Shown: positions 30,601 to 40,140 of the stretch, in pieces
Position numbering within the stretch: the first letter of the stretch is position 1
Layout: every line of letters starts with the position of its first letter
From: Acidimicrobiia bacterium
GTDB lineage: Bacteria; Acidobacteriota; Vicinamibacteria; Vicinamibacterales; CAVVIG01
Assembly (NCBI GenBank): GCA_016871175.1
Contig: VFZL01000022.1
Coordinates: 4,533 to 68,532, forward strand
Length of the DNA stretch: 64,000 nucleotides
Reading direction: 5' to 3'
The notes under the pieces: generated by a model
What the model was told of the DNA's origin: nothing
Seen by the model: only the letters and a program-made list of their open reading frames with translations
Database searches by the model: none
Position numbers and translations under genes: made by a program

Positions 30601-30770
30601 GACGAAACCTCGTTTCAGTAATCGCGGGGTTGCGCCCCGCGTGCGCGCCACCGGTTCAGCTCCCACGTGTGACCAGCTCCGGCGCGTCTGGGGTAGGTGA
30701 GCGCCGATACGAACGGCGCCGACTCAAAATTTTAACCGAACCGTGAAAAAATGGGTAGTGGAGGATTGCG

Positions 30771-31244
30771 ATGTCATTGAGCGTGGGATCCGCGGCACCG
30801 GACTTCACCTTGCCGAACCAGGACAATCAACCGGTGACGCTGAGTGCGCAGCGGGGATCGCCTGTTATATTGGCGTTCTTCCCTGCCGCGTTCAGCTCCG
30901 TGTGCACCAAAGAGCTATGCACGTTCCGCGACAGCATGTCGAGGTTGAACAGTGCAAGAGCCCAGGTGTTCGGTATCAGCGTTGATACATTTTTTGCCCT
31001 TAAGGCCTTCCAGAAGGATCAGAGTCTGACGTTCCAACTGCTGAGCGACTTCAACAAAGATGTGATTAAGGCTTACGACGTGTACAACCCCGACATGATT
31101 GGCCTCAAGGGGATTTCCCGCCGGGCCGTCTTCGTGGTCGACGGCGAGGGAGTCATTCGCCACAGCGAGGTTCTGGCGGACGCCAGAAACGAGCCGAACT
31201 ACCAGGCGGCATTCGCGGCGTTGAGCGGGGCTGAACCGGGGTAG
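30771..31244 (+). CDS. Peroxiredoxin (AhpE/BCP-like)
   Basis: APDFTL, FFPAAFSSVCTKELC. Confidence 0.9.
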   Translation: MSLSVGSAAPDFTLPNQDNQPVTLSAQRGSPVILAFFPAAFSSVCTKELCTFRDSMSRLNSARAQVFGISVDTFFALKAFQKDQSLTFQLLSDFNKDVIKAYDVYNPDMIGLKGISRRAVFVVDGEGVIRHSEVLADARNEPNYQAAFAALSGAEPG

Positions 31245-31265
31245 CCGGGCTGGCCGGCCGTGATC

Positions 31266-31297
31266 TATAATGAACATATGAACAATCGTTTATATGT
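31266..31297 (+). promoter_or_regulatory. TATAAT -10 box followed by an ArsR/SmtB operator
   Basis: TATAAT at 31266-31271; inverted repeat ACATATGAAC-AATC-GTTTATATGT at 31274-31297. Confidence 0.8.
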
Positions 31298-31315
31298 CGA
31301 TGGGATGGTTCAATC

Positions 31316-31714
31316 GTGACGGCCGGGGCATGGGGTACGTCGTCGGCGAGCGCGCTCCCTCCCGCACCTGAGCCTTCGCCACGCCACGACCGACTGGATG
31401 ATGAGTCAGTAACGGCGCTGGCCGAGACCTTCCGCATGCTCGGCGATTCCACGCGCGTCCGCATTCTCGACGCGCTCTCTCACGCCGAGCTCTGCGTCCA
31501 GGACCTCGCACGACGCGTCGACCTGTCCGAGTCAGCCGTTTCCCATCAACTGCGGCTTCTGCGCGGTATGCGGCTCGTGCGTCCGCGCCGCGCGGGACGA
31601 CAGGTCTTTTACGCCCTCGATGATCAGCACATCGTCCGCCTGTTCGCCCAGGGGCTGGAACACGTACAGGAGCGGGGGCGTGGTCGTGCGCGCGCAGTGG
31701 TGGATCGTGAGTAA
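31316..31714 (+). CDS. ArsR/SmtB metalloregulator
   Basis: ELCVQDL, SAVSHQLRLLR, alpha5 site DQH-x10-HVQE. Confidence 0.9.
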   Translation: MTAGAWGTSSASALPPAPEPSPRHDRLDDESVTALAETFRMLGDSTRVRILDALSHAELCVQDLARRVDLSESAVSHQLRLLRGMRLVRPRRAGRQVFYALDDQHIVRLFAQGLEHVQERGRGRARAVVDRE

Positions 31715-33851
31715 CCTGGCCACCACGGCCTGTTCCGTCTGCGAGGTGCACGCGGAATCCACCTTCGCCATCGAGGGGATGGACTGCCGGGAGGAGGTGG
31801 CCCTCATCGAGCGCCGATTCAAGCACCTGGCTGGCCTCGAGGCGTTCAACGCGGACCTCATGGGGCATCGCCTCCATGTCAAGTATGACGCCGCGAAGTT
31901 GACGACGTCCGCCATTACGGCGGCTGTCGCGGACGCTGGCATGCGCGCGTGGCTGGAGCACGAGGAACCTCTGGTCCGGCCGGATCCGCAGGAGGCCCGC
32001 CGACGGCTCGTGCTCCTCATCGGTTCGGCCGTCGCATTCGCGGCTGGATTCGGGCTGTCGCTCCTCGGATGGAACACGGGCTCGACTGCTCTCTACGCGT
32101 CATCGCTCGTGCTGGGCGCGCCCGTGACGCTTCGCAAAGCGCGCCACGCGCTCAAGGTCGGCGCACTCGACATCAACGTGCTCATGGTGGTCGCCGCGCT
32201 GGGCGCCATTGCGCTCGGCGAGTGGTCCGAGGCGGCGGCTGTCGTGTTCCTGTTCGCGGTCGCGCAGGCGCTGGAAACGCGCACGCTCGAGCGCGCGCGC
32301 TTCGCGATTCGTGCGCTCATGGATCTGGCCCCGTCGCAGGTCGTCGTGCGCGACGGGAACACCGAGCGCGTCTCGTCCATCGATGCGGTCGTGCCTGGTG
32401 ACGTCATCGTGGTGAGGCCGGGCGAAAAGATCCCGCTGGACGGTGCGGTCGTGGCGGGTGTCAGCGCCGTCAACCAGGCGCCGATCACGGGTGAATCCCT
32501 GCCGATTGACAAGGACATCGGCGACGAGGTGTTCGCCGGCACGATCAATGGCCGAGGCGCGCTCGAGGTGCGCGTCACACGCCGCCAACGCGACAGCACG
32601 CTGTCGCGCATCATCCACCTCGTCGAGCGGGCTCAAATGCAGTGCGCGCCCTCCCAGACGCTCGTCGAGCGCTTCGCGCGCGTATACACCCCCGCTGTCC
32701 TGGCCTTGAGCGCCGCGGTCGCCCTGGTGCCACCGCTCGCGTTGGATGCGGGCTGGCGTGACTGGGTGTATCGGGCGCTCGTCCTGCTGGTGGTGTCGTG
32801 CCCGTGCGCGCTCGTCATCTCCACGCCCGTTTCGGTGATCGCGGCCCTCGCCGGGGCGGCGCGGCGCGGCGTGCTCATCAAGGGCGGCGTGCACTTGGAG
32901 CGGGCCGCTGGCGTTCGGTGCGTGGCGTTCGACAAGACTGGCACGCTGACCCGTGGCGTGCCGGATGTGGTCGCGATCGAGCCCCTCGGAGGCGTGACCG
33001 CGAACGAGGTGCTGGCGATGGCCGCGGCGGTCGAACATCGGTCCGAACATCCGATTGCACGCGCGATCGTGCAGCACGCCGAGGCGCTGGGTGTTCCACA
33101 CCGCGCGGCCTCTGCGGTCCGTGCGCTGCCGGGCCGAGGCGCCGAGGGCCTCATAGATGAAGTTCGTACGCTGGTCGGCAATCGGCACCTGTTCGCCGAG
33201 CGCGGGCTCTTGACGGCGGATGTCGAGATGACGATGAGGCGGACCGCCGACGCCGGTGCTACCCCGGTGATCGTGGCGCGAGGCGGCGTACCGCTGGGCG
33301 TTATCGCGGTGGCCGATCGGATCCGCTCCGTCAGCCGTGACGTGGTGGATCTCCTGAGACTCCAGAACATCGAGCATGTCGCCATGCTGACCGGCGACAG
33401 CGCGGCCACCGCCGCCGCGGTCGCCGCCGAGCTCGGCGTGGATCAGGTCCGGCCCGAGCTGATGCCAGAGGACAAGGTTGCGGCCATCGACGACCTGCGC
33501 AAGCGATTCGGGAGCGTCGCGATGGTCGGTGACGGCGTCAACGACGCCCCGGCTCTTGCCGCTGCCGATGTCGGCATCGCGATGGGCGCGGCCGGGAGCG
33601 ACGTGGCACTCGAGGCCGCGGATGTCGCGCTCATGTCGGACGATCTAACCAAGATTCCCTACGCGCTCAGGCTGAGTCGATTGACGCTCCGAAACATCAA
33701 GACGAACCTTGCGATGTCGCTCGCGCTCAAGGGGGTGTTCGTGATCGCGGCCGTCGCTGGCGTCGCGACCCTGTGGATGGCCGTCCTCGCGGACACTGGC
33801 GCGTCCGTCATCGTGATCGCGAACGCCCTGCGGTTGATGCGGACTGACTAG
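31707..33851 (+). CDS. Heavy-metal P1B ATPase (Zn/Cd/Pb type, CadA/ZntA-like)
   Basis: CSVCEVH, GMDCREE, TGES, CPC, DKTGT, GDGVNDAP, TM K and ADTG signatures. Confidence 0.93.
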   Translation: MSNLATTACSVCEVHAESTFAIEGMDCREEVALIERRFKHLAGLEAFNADLMGHRLHVKYDAAKLTTSAITAAVADAGMRAWLEHEEPLVRPDPQEARRRLVLLIGSAVAFAAGFGLSLLGWNTGSTALYASSLVLGAPVTLRKARHALKVGALDINVLMVVAALGAIALGEWSEAAAVVFLFAVAQALETRTLERARFAIRALMDLAPSQVVVRDGNTERVSSIDAVVPGDVIVVRPGEKIPLDGAVVAGVSAVNQAPITGESLPIDKDIGDEVFAGTINGRGALEVRVTRRQRDSTLSRIIHLVERAQMQCAPSQTLVERFARVYTPAVLALSAAVALVPPLALDAGWRDWVYRALVLLVVSCPCALVISTPVSVIAALAGAARRGVLIKGGVHLERAAGVRCVAFDKTGTLTRGVPDVVAIEPLGGVTANEVLAMAAAVEHRSEHPIARAIVQHAEALGVPHRAASAVRALPGRGAEGLIDEVRTLVGNRHLFAERGLLTADVEMTMRRTADAGATPVIVARGGVPLGVIAVADRIRSVSRDVVDLLRLQNIEHVAMLTGDSAATAAAVAAELGVDQVRPELMPEDKVAAIDDLRKRFGSVAMVGDGVNDAPALAAADVGIAMGAAGSDVALEAADVALMSDDLTKIPYALRLSRLTLRNIKTNLAMSLALKGVFVIAAVAGVATLWMAVLADTGASVIVIANALRLMRTD

Positions 33852-33854
33852 CAC

Positions 33855-35231
33855 CTACTTCCTGACGGGCCCTTGGCGTTCGTCGAGGTCTTCCAGCGGC
33901 TCCGGCGTCAGGGGTTTCGAGAGCCAGATTTTGGCCACCCGCAGACCGTCCACTGCGATGACTCGCATCTGTCGGCGCGCCACGTCGATCGTATCGCCGA
34001 AACGCGCGCGACGGCTGAGACGACCGAGCACGAACCCGCCGACCGTCGTGTAAGTCTCCTCGTCGATGTCGAGGTCGAAGCGTTCGTTGACGTCGGGCAC
34101 GAGCGTAAGGCCGTTGATCTCGGCTGAGCCATCCTCCAGCGGCGTGATCCAGGCAGCGCCCGGACCGGCCCCGAGGTCGCCGACGATCCGCTCCATCAGC
34201 GATTCGAACGTCACCATCCCTGCGGTGCCGCCGTACTCGTCGATCACGATCGCTTCGCGCACGCCACGCTGGCTGATCTTCGCAAGCAGATCGTCGGCCG
34301 CTATCGTCACGGGCACCGTCACCGCTTCGCGCACGAGCTGCGCCGCATCGATCGCGCGGCTCCCCGATGCCAGCGTCCTCACGATGTCGGTGACGTGCAG
34401 GATCCCCAGAATGTTATCGAGACTGCCTCGGTACACGGGCAGGCGCGGATAGCCGTGGCGTGTGAGCGTGTCGAGCAGGCCCTCGAGGGACGCGTCCGCG
34501 TCGATCGCGACCAGCTCGGTGCGAGGGATCATGACCTGCCCGGCCGTGAGATCCGCGAACGCGAACACGCGGTGGAGCATCTGCTCCTCCTGTTCCTCGA
34601 TCACGCCAGCTTCCTGGCTCGCCGTGACCAGCATCTTGAGCTCTTCTTCCGAATGGACCATCGCGTGCCCGCCTCGGCTTCTCAGTCCGATCACATTGAC
34701 CACTGCGCGCCCAGTGCCGTTCAGGAGGCTGATGAACGGCCAGAAGACCTTCATGAAGAGCTCGGTCGGCTTGACGACCCACAGCGCGGTCCTTTCCGAC
34801 CTCTCCAGTGCCACCGTTTTCGGCGCCAGCTCTCCAAGGACGATATGGAGCGAGGTGACGATGGCGAATGCGGTCGCGACGGCGATGCTATGGGCCGTCG
34901 GCGCGACGAAGGCGGTCGGGAGCTGATTCAGCAGCGGCTCGACCAGACTCGCCAGCGCCGGCTCGCCGATCCAGCCGAGAGCGATGCTCGCCATCGTGAT
35001 GCCGAGCTGGGTGGCGGCGATATAGCCGTCCGGATGGGAGACCGCCCGACGTACGGCGCGCGCCCCCCAGTGCCCCTCGGCCACGAGCTGGTCGATGCGC
35101 GTCTTGCGGACCGTGACGATCGAGAACTCGGCAGCGACGAAGAATCCGTTGGCGAAGACCAACGCGAGCACGCCCACCAGTCGCCACACGATGCCGGCCA
35201 GGGACAGGGATAGGTCTCCGGTTACTTCCAT
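33855..35231 (-). CDS. Hemolysin/CorC (CNNM-CBS) family transporter
   Basis: NGFFVAAEF, QLGIT, GELAPK, IDEYGG. Confidence 0.92.
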   Translation of the reverse strand: MEVTGDLSLSLAGIVWRLVGVLALVFANGFFVAAEFSIVTVRKTRIDQLVAEGHWGARAVRRAVSHPDGYIAATQLGITMASIALGWIGEPALASLVEPLLNQLPTAFVAPTAHSIAVATAFAIVTSLHIVLGELAPKTVALERSERTALWVVKPTELFMKVFWPFISLLNGTGRAVVNVIGLRSRGGHAMVHSEEELKMLVTASQEAGVIEEQEEQMLHRVFAFADLTAGQVMIPRTELVAIDADASLEGLLDTLTRHGYPRLPVYRGSLDNILGILHVTDIVRTLASGSRAIDAAQLVREAVTVPVTIAADDLLAKISQRGVREAIVIDEYGGTAGMVTFESLMERIVGDLGAGPGAAWITPLEDGSAEINGLTLVPDVNERFDLDIDEETYTTVGGFVLGRLSRRARFGDTIDVARRQMRVIAVDGLRVAKIWLSKPLTPEPLEDLDERQGPVRK

Positions 35232-35539
35232 GCGGAGAGATTACAGAATTACAGCCGTGCGTGCGAGGTTCGGGATACCCCCCTCCCCCAGCCCACGGAA
35301 CAGGTGGGTCTCGGTCGCGAACGCCCGTGCGTCCAGGCCGTCCCGTCACAGGGCGGCGGCGCGCGGATGGGCCAGCGCACCCCTGGCCGTGCCGCCACCC
35401 GCCGCCGTCGGCTCGACCGGGATGCCTAACGCGTCGCGCTTGGGACTCCAGATATGTCGCGGGGAGTGGCAGCGACGCTCCCAGCAGGCCCGCAACGGCC
35501 CGCGAAGGGGCAGAGAGGCTGGAGGCGACTCTCTTCGCG

Positions 35540-36259
35540 CTACGCCTTCCGATTGGAGAAGAAGTGCGCGTCGACGAAGTTGTCGATGGCCGCCTGATTG
35601 GCGGAGTCGACCGATTCGAACTCGATGCCCATGCCGACGCGGCGATCGCTCCAGGCCACCTTACCTTCGGCGTCCACGTCCCGCCTCGAACCCGGGAGAC
35701 GAAAGCGGACCTTGATCACGGAGCCGCTATCGAGCGGGCTCGTCGTGCGAATGGCCATGCCGCCGTGGCTCAGGTTCAACGTCAGCGCCGCCGCAATCGT
35801 GTTGCCAAACCGGTACTGAATCGGGATACCGAGCACCACGCGCGGGCTCGCGCGGCGGTTGAAGTTATCCGGAAACAGGCGAGGCGCCAGTGACGGCAGG
35901 ATGTGCTGCACGGCGCTGTATTCGTTGACGTAGCCCGCGACACCGAGCGCCGCCAGCTCGCGGACTTCCTCGGCACTGGCAATGGTGCCGCTGAAGATGA
36001 GCACCGGTAGCTTGCCGCCGTCCAACTTCCGAAGACTGCGCACGAGTTCCACGCCCGGCTGGTGCGGGAGGCGCAGGTCGAGGACGATGAGATCGAGGTG
36101 GCTGAGATCCGCCCGGACCCGGGCGAGCAGCTCGGCGGCGCTCCTCACGACCACCGCCTTGTGCCCGGCGTTCTCGAGGGCGGCGCGGAACCGGTCTCGC
36201 ACGAACGCCGTGTCGTCGGCAATGATGACGGTCTTGGTCGAGACCGATGCGGCGGTCAT
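35540..36259 (-). CDS. Response regulator with C-terminal PilZ domain
   Basis: ADD...LDLRLP receiver; RRASPR and NLSHGG PilZ motifs. Confidence 0.87.
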   Translation of the reverse strand: MTAASVSTKTVIIADDTAFVRDRFRAALENAGHKAVVVRSAAELLARVRADLSHLDLIVLDLRLPHQPGVELVRSLRKLDGGKLPVLIFSGTIASAEEVRELAALGVAGYVNEYSAVQHILPSLAPRLFPDNFNRRASPRVVLGIPIQYRFGNTIAAALTLNLSHGGMAIRTTSPLDSGSVIKVRFRLPGSRRDVDAEGKVAWSDRRVGMGIEFESVDSANQAAIDNFVDAHFFSNRKA

Positions 36260-36436
36260 CTCGTGGTGTTATCGGCGCTGCAAGCCGAAGGCCGCGTTGC
36301 AGGACTGCTCACGATATAGCTATAATCCCATTTTCTTCGAGCAATTCGTGAGATTACGCCCGATTGGGCGGATTCTGGCACGCCAGCGACCCAAACGCCA
36401 AACCGGACCCTCGCGGCCGAATCGCAACGGAGACAC

Positions 36437-36685
36437 ATGGCCACCTGCCCAGAGTGTGACGCTCCCATCGAAGTCGACGAAGTGGACGCCGACGTCGGCG
36501 ACGAAATCAGCTGCACCGAGTGCGGCCAGAACCTCGTGGTCGTCAATACCGACCCCCTCGAGCTCGACTTCGCCACCGACGAGGATGACGAAGACGAGGA
36601 CGATGATGACGATCTCGACGATGAAGACGACGAGCTGGACGACGACGCCGACGATGACGTGGAGGACGGGGACTGGGACGAATGA
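36437..36685 (+). CDS. LysW/ArgW-like zinc-ribbon protein with long acidic tail
   Basis: GGAG RBS; CPEC...CTECG...DPLEL; Asp/Glu tract; ends EDGDWDE. Confidence 0.8.
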   Translation: MATCPECDAPIEVDEVDADVGDEISCTECGQNLVVVNTDPLELDFATDEDDEDEDDDDDLDDEDDELDDDADDDVEDGDWDE

Positions 36686-37491
36686 ACGAGAAGGCCGGAG
36701 CGCTGCGTGAGACCCTCCGCTCCATGGGCACCGTGATCGTCGCCTACAGTGGCGGCGTCGACAGCGCATACTTGGCCTGCGTCGCTCACGAGGTCCTCGG
36801 TGACCGCGCGCTTGCCGTCACCGCCGAGAGCCCGAGCTACCCGCGTCGGCACCGTGAGATGGCGCGCGACATCGCGGCGCGCTTCAACCTGCGCCATCGG
36901 ATCATCCACACCAACGAGATGGCCCTGGCAGAGTACCGGGCCAACCCCTCGAATCGGTGCTACTACTGCAAGCATGAGTTGTACTCGCAGCTGACGCGAA
37001 TAGCCGAACCGCTCGGCGCTGTCATCGTTGACGGCAACAGCGCGGACGACCGCGGCGATTATCGACCGGGCCGCCAGGCAGCGCGTGAATTCGGAGTCCG
37101 GAGCCCGCTGGACGAAGTCGGCCTCGGGAAGGACGACATCCGCGCGCTCTCGCGCGAGGCGGGCCTGCCAACGTGGGACGAACCGGCCTCTGCGTGCCTT
37201 TCCTCCCGCATTCCGTACGAGAGCGAGGTGACCGACCGAAAGCTCCGGATGATCGAGACGGCCGAGGACGCGCTGCGGACCCTCGGCTTTCGCGTGTGCC
37301 GCGTCCGCCATCACGATGACCTCGCACGTCTAGAGCTGGGCCGCGACGAGCTTGCGCGCGCGCTCGATCCGGAGGTGAGTCGGGCCATCGTGCGCGAGCT
37401 GAAGCAGGCCGGCTATCGTCACGTCACCCTGGATCTGCAGGGGTACCGAATGGGCAGCCTCAACGAGGGCCTGCCGCTGCGACCGGCCTGA
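36682..37491 (+). CDS. larE: LarE-type ATP-dependent sulfur transferase
   Basis: PP-loop SGGVDS, CYYCK, DYRPG, ACLSSRIP, RVRHH, GYRMGSLN. Confidence 0.88.
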   Translation: MNEKAGALRETLRSMGTVIVAYSGGVDSAYLACVAHEVLGDRALAVTAESPSYPRRHREMARDIAARFNLRHRIIHTNEMALAEYRANPSNRCYYCKHELYSQLTRIAEPLGAVIVDGNSADDRGDYRPGRQAAREFGVRSPLDEVGLGKDDIRALSREAGLPTWDEPASACLSSRIPYESEVTDRKLRMIETAEDALRTLGFRVCRVRHHDDLARLELGRDELARALDPEVSRAIVRELKQAGYRHVTLDLQGYRMGSLNEGLPLRPA

Positions 37492-37497
37492 TGCGGT

Positions 37498-39978
37498 GTG
37501 ACGACCAATAGGTCCGCCGTGCTGCTCGCGGTGATGGTGCTCGCGCTCCATCTGCCGTACACGCCCGCGTCTCTCGAAGACCTCGATTCACTCAACTTCG
37601 CGCTCGGCGTGCGCCACTTCGACGTGGCGCAGCACCAACCCCACCCGCCCGGGTATCCCGTCTACGTCGCCGTGGCGAAGGCCGTGCAGGCCGTCGTGCC
37701 GGACGTCACAGACGCTCTGTCCCTCGTGAGCGTGGCTGGCGCTGCTCTGGCCGTTTTCGCCATCCTGGCCCTGTTCCGGGTGTGGCCGTCCGCGCAGCGT
37801 GACATCTGGGTGTCCGTCGTCGGGACGACGCTCGCCATCACCTCGCCCCTCTTCTGGATGACGGCGGTTCGCCCGCTCAGCGACATGCTGGGACTGGCGA
37901 TCGCGGTCGCAAGCCAGGCGCTGACGCTCCGAGCGGTGAGGCCGAACACATTCGTCCTCGCGGCGTTCGTCGCCGGTGTGGCCGCTGGTGTCCGGTCGCA
38001 AGTCGTGTGGCTGACGGTACCGCTCCTGGCGATGGCGATCTGGATGCGAGGCGGCGAGGGAGCCGGCCGCCCTCGTACCGCGGCCACGGCTCTTGTTGCG
38101 TACGTCACGGGCGTATTCTTGTGGGCCGTGCCGCTCGTGGTGCTGTCTGGCGGTCCGAGCGCCTACGTGCGCGCACTGGCGGACCAGGGTGGTGAGGATT
38201 TCGCGGGTGTCGCGATGCTGGCGACACAGCCGTCCCCTCGTCTGCTGCTGTCGGCGCTCTACGCAACCTGGATCGCGCCGTGGAACTACTGGCCGCTCGC
38301 GCTCGTCGTGCTGAGCGCGGCCGTCGCCGGGTGCCTGCGCTACTGGCGCCTCGCACCGGTGACGCTTGGCTGGTTGGCGGTGGCGTACGGTCCGTACACC
38401 GCGTTTCATCTCCTGCTTCAGGAGACGGCCACTACGCGCTACGCGCTGCCGCTCGTGGTGCCCATCGCGTATCTCGCGGCATGCGGTCTGGCGGTCTTGC
38501 CACGACCAGGTGCCGCAATCGCCGCCGGTGCGATCGCGGCCATTGGCGTGGTGATGACCCAGCCTGCGCTGCGTGCCTACGCGCTGAACCCCGCGCCAGC
38601 CTTCCAGGCGGTCGAGCTCATGGCCAGTGCCGCGGCGGAGTCGGACCGACCGGTGCTGGCGATGCACCGCCGGCAGGAGCTCGAGATGCGCCGCCCGCTT
38701 CTGTGGAATCGCGACCGCTTACCACAGTGGGCCGCCCGCCTGCCCTCTCCCCCCAAGCTCGAGTGGTTGGAGCTCGTGAAGTACTGGAACGGTGGAGGGC
38801 GTGCCCCGATCTGGTTCCTCGCGGATCCTCCTCGCAGTGACCTGCGGCTCGTCGACAGTCATGCACTGGAAAAGGTGCGTGAGTACCGCTGGCCGTTCGA
38901 CGCGACCAATCTCCTCGGCGGCGTGCGACCGAACGTCATGGACCTCTACCGAGTGTCGCCCCCCGCGTGGTACGCGGGCGAGGGCTGGGCCCTGACCCCT
39001 GAAACCGCCGGCGTGGCCGGCGAGAGGGCGCGCGGGCCCGGCCTCGCGCCCATTCAAGCGTGGGTCCGGCGCCAATCCACTCCGGCCATTTTGATGTTCG
39101 GCGGCCGAAAGCTCTCAGGTGCCGAGCCGACTGACGTCACCGTGGCGATCGAAGGCCGCACGATCTGGACCGGTCCAGTCGCGCCGGGGTTCTTCCTCCA
39201 CTTCGTCCGTCTGGAGCCGGCGGCACTCGCCGGATCCGGAGACTACGCCGAGCTGACCGTGAAGAGCGGAACCAACGAGGTGGCGATCGAACAGTTCGAC
39301 GTACAGACCACCGAGCGCCCGGTGTACGGATTCGGCGAAGGCTGGCATGAGCTCGAGTACAACCCTCGGACGGGTCGGATGTGGCGCTGGACGAGCGAAC
39401 AGGCGGTGCTCCGCGTGATGGCGCCCCGCCGCGCGCTCGCCCTGCGCCTCATCGGGGCGTTCGAAACGTCGGCTGCGACCGCTCACCTGGTCGTGCGTGC
39501 AGGAAGACGGGTGCTCTCGGAGCAGGACGTGCCCAGGGAGTTCACGCTGGACGTGGCGATTCCGTCGGATGTCGTGGCCACCGACGCCGAAACCTTGATC
39601 ACGCTGGAAACGGACCAGTGGTCCGTGCCCGCCGAAACCAACTGGTGGCCCACCCAGGATCGTCGTCACCTGGGACTCCGCGTGTTCGAGCTGACGCTGA
39701 CCGATTCACGCGCGGTGACGCGCATGGGCGGCGGGGTGGGCACGCTCGCACGCACAACCCGAGCGACCGAGGATGGACAGAGGCACTGGTCGGCCGTCGG
39801 GAGCCGACAGCTCTTCGCGTCGGCGGTCGACGTACGACGCTCAGCTCAACCTGACTGCGGAGCGTGGATACCCCGCAGTCAGACCGGTCAGCGCCTCACG
39901 CTAGCATTTGCAGGACCCGCCGGACTTGCTGGACTTGCTCGACTTGCCGGACTTGCTCGATTTGCCAGAACCCCTTGA
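37498..39978 (+). CDS. Multi-TM GT-C/PMT-like glycosyltransferase; last ~90 codons look like read-through
   Basis: DS.NF.LG...QPHPPGYP motif, many TMs, periplasmic beta-domain ending DRRHLGLRV. Confidence 0.7.
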   Translation: MTTNRSAVLLAVMVLALHLPYTPASLEDLDSLNFALGVRHFDVAQHQPHPPGYPVYVAVAKAVQAVVPDVTDALSLVSVAGAALAVFAILALFRVWPSAQRDIWVSVVGTTLAITSPLFWMTAVRPLSDMLGLAIAVASQALTLRAVRPNTFVLAAFVAGVAAGVRSQVVWLTVPLLAMAIWMRGGEGAGRPRTAATALVAYVTGVFLWAVPLVVLSGGPSAYVRALADQGGEDFAGVAMLATQPSPRLLLSALYATWIAPWNYWPLALVVLSAAVAGCLRYWRLAPVTLGWLAVAYGPYTAFHLLLQETATTRYALPLVVPIAYLAACGLAVLPRPGAAIAAGAIAAIGVVMTQPALRAYALNPAPAFQAVELMASAAAESDRPVLAMHRRQELEMRRPLLWNRDRLPQWAARLPSPPKLEWLELVKYWNGGGRAPIWFLADPPRSDLRLVDSHALEKVREYRWPFDATNLLGGVRPNVMDLYRVSPPAWYAGEGWALTPETAGVAGERARGPGLAPIQAWVRRQSTPAILMFGGRKLSGAEPTDVTVAIEGRTIWTGPVAPGFFLHFVRLEPAALAGSGDYAELTVKSGTNEVAIEQFDVQTTERPVYGFGEGWHELEYNPRTGRMWRWTSEQAVLRVMAPRRALALRLIGAFETSAATAHLVVRAGRRVLSEQDVPREFTLDVAIPSDVVATDAETLITLETDQWSVPAETNWWPTQDRRHLGLRVFELTLTDSRAVTRMGGGVGTLARTTRATEDGQRHWSAVGSRQLFASAVDVRRSAQPDCGAWIPRSQTGQRLTLAFAGPAGLAGLARLAGLARFARTP

Positions 39979-40140
39979 GTCGCTGCCGCAGCCCTTGGAA
40001 GACCCGCCCCCTGCCACGACGTCAAGATCAGTGCCGGTCAGCTCGATCAACCCAGCAGGATTTTCGAGGGCGGGTTGCTCGGTCGCGCTCAGAGTGGACC
40101 GAAAGATCGGGGCTTTCCATGCACGGACGATGCTCTTCAT
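39901..40140 (-). CDS. RiPP precursor with mersacidin/lichenicidin-family leader
   Basis: MKSIVRAWKAPIFRSTLS..ENPAGLIELT..DLDVVAGG leader; 34-aa Ser/Lys/Gly/Cys core; GAGG-containing RBS upstream. Confidence 0.85.
   Translation of the reverse strand: MKSIVRAWKAPIFRSTLSATEQPALENPAGLIELTGTDLDVVAGGGSSKGCGSDSRGSGKSSKSGKSSKSSKSGGSCKC
39923..39967. repeat. Five tandem 9-bp repeats encoding the (G/S)KS core units
   Basis: gacttgctg gacttgctc gacttgccg gacttgctc gatttgcca. Confidence 0.9.

Noticed and set aside
36437-36685. Canonical lysW for lysine biosynthesis
   Set aside because: It lacks the EDWGE terminus, and no lysX/Z/Y/J/K genes are nearby.
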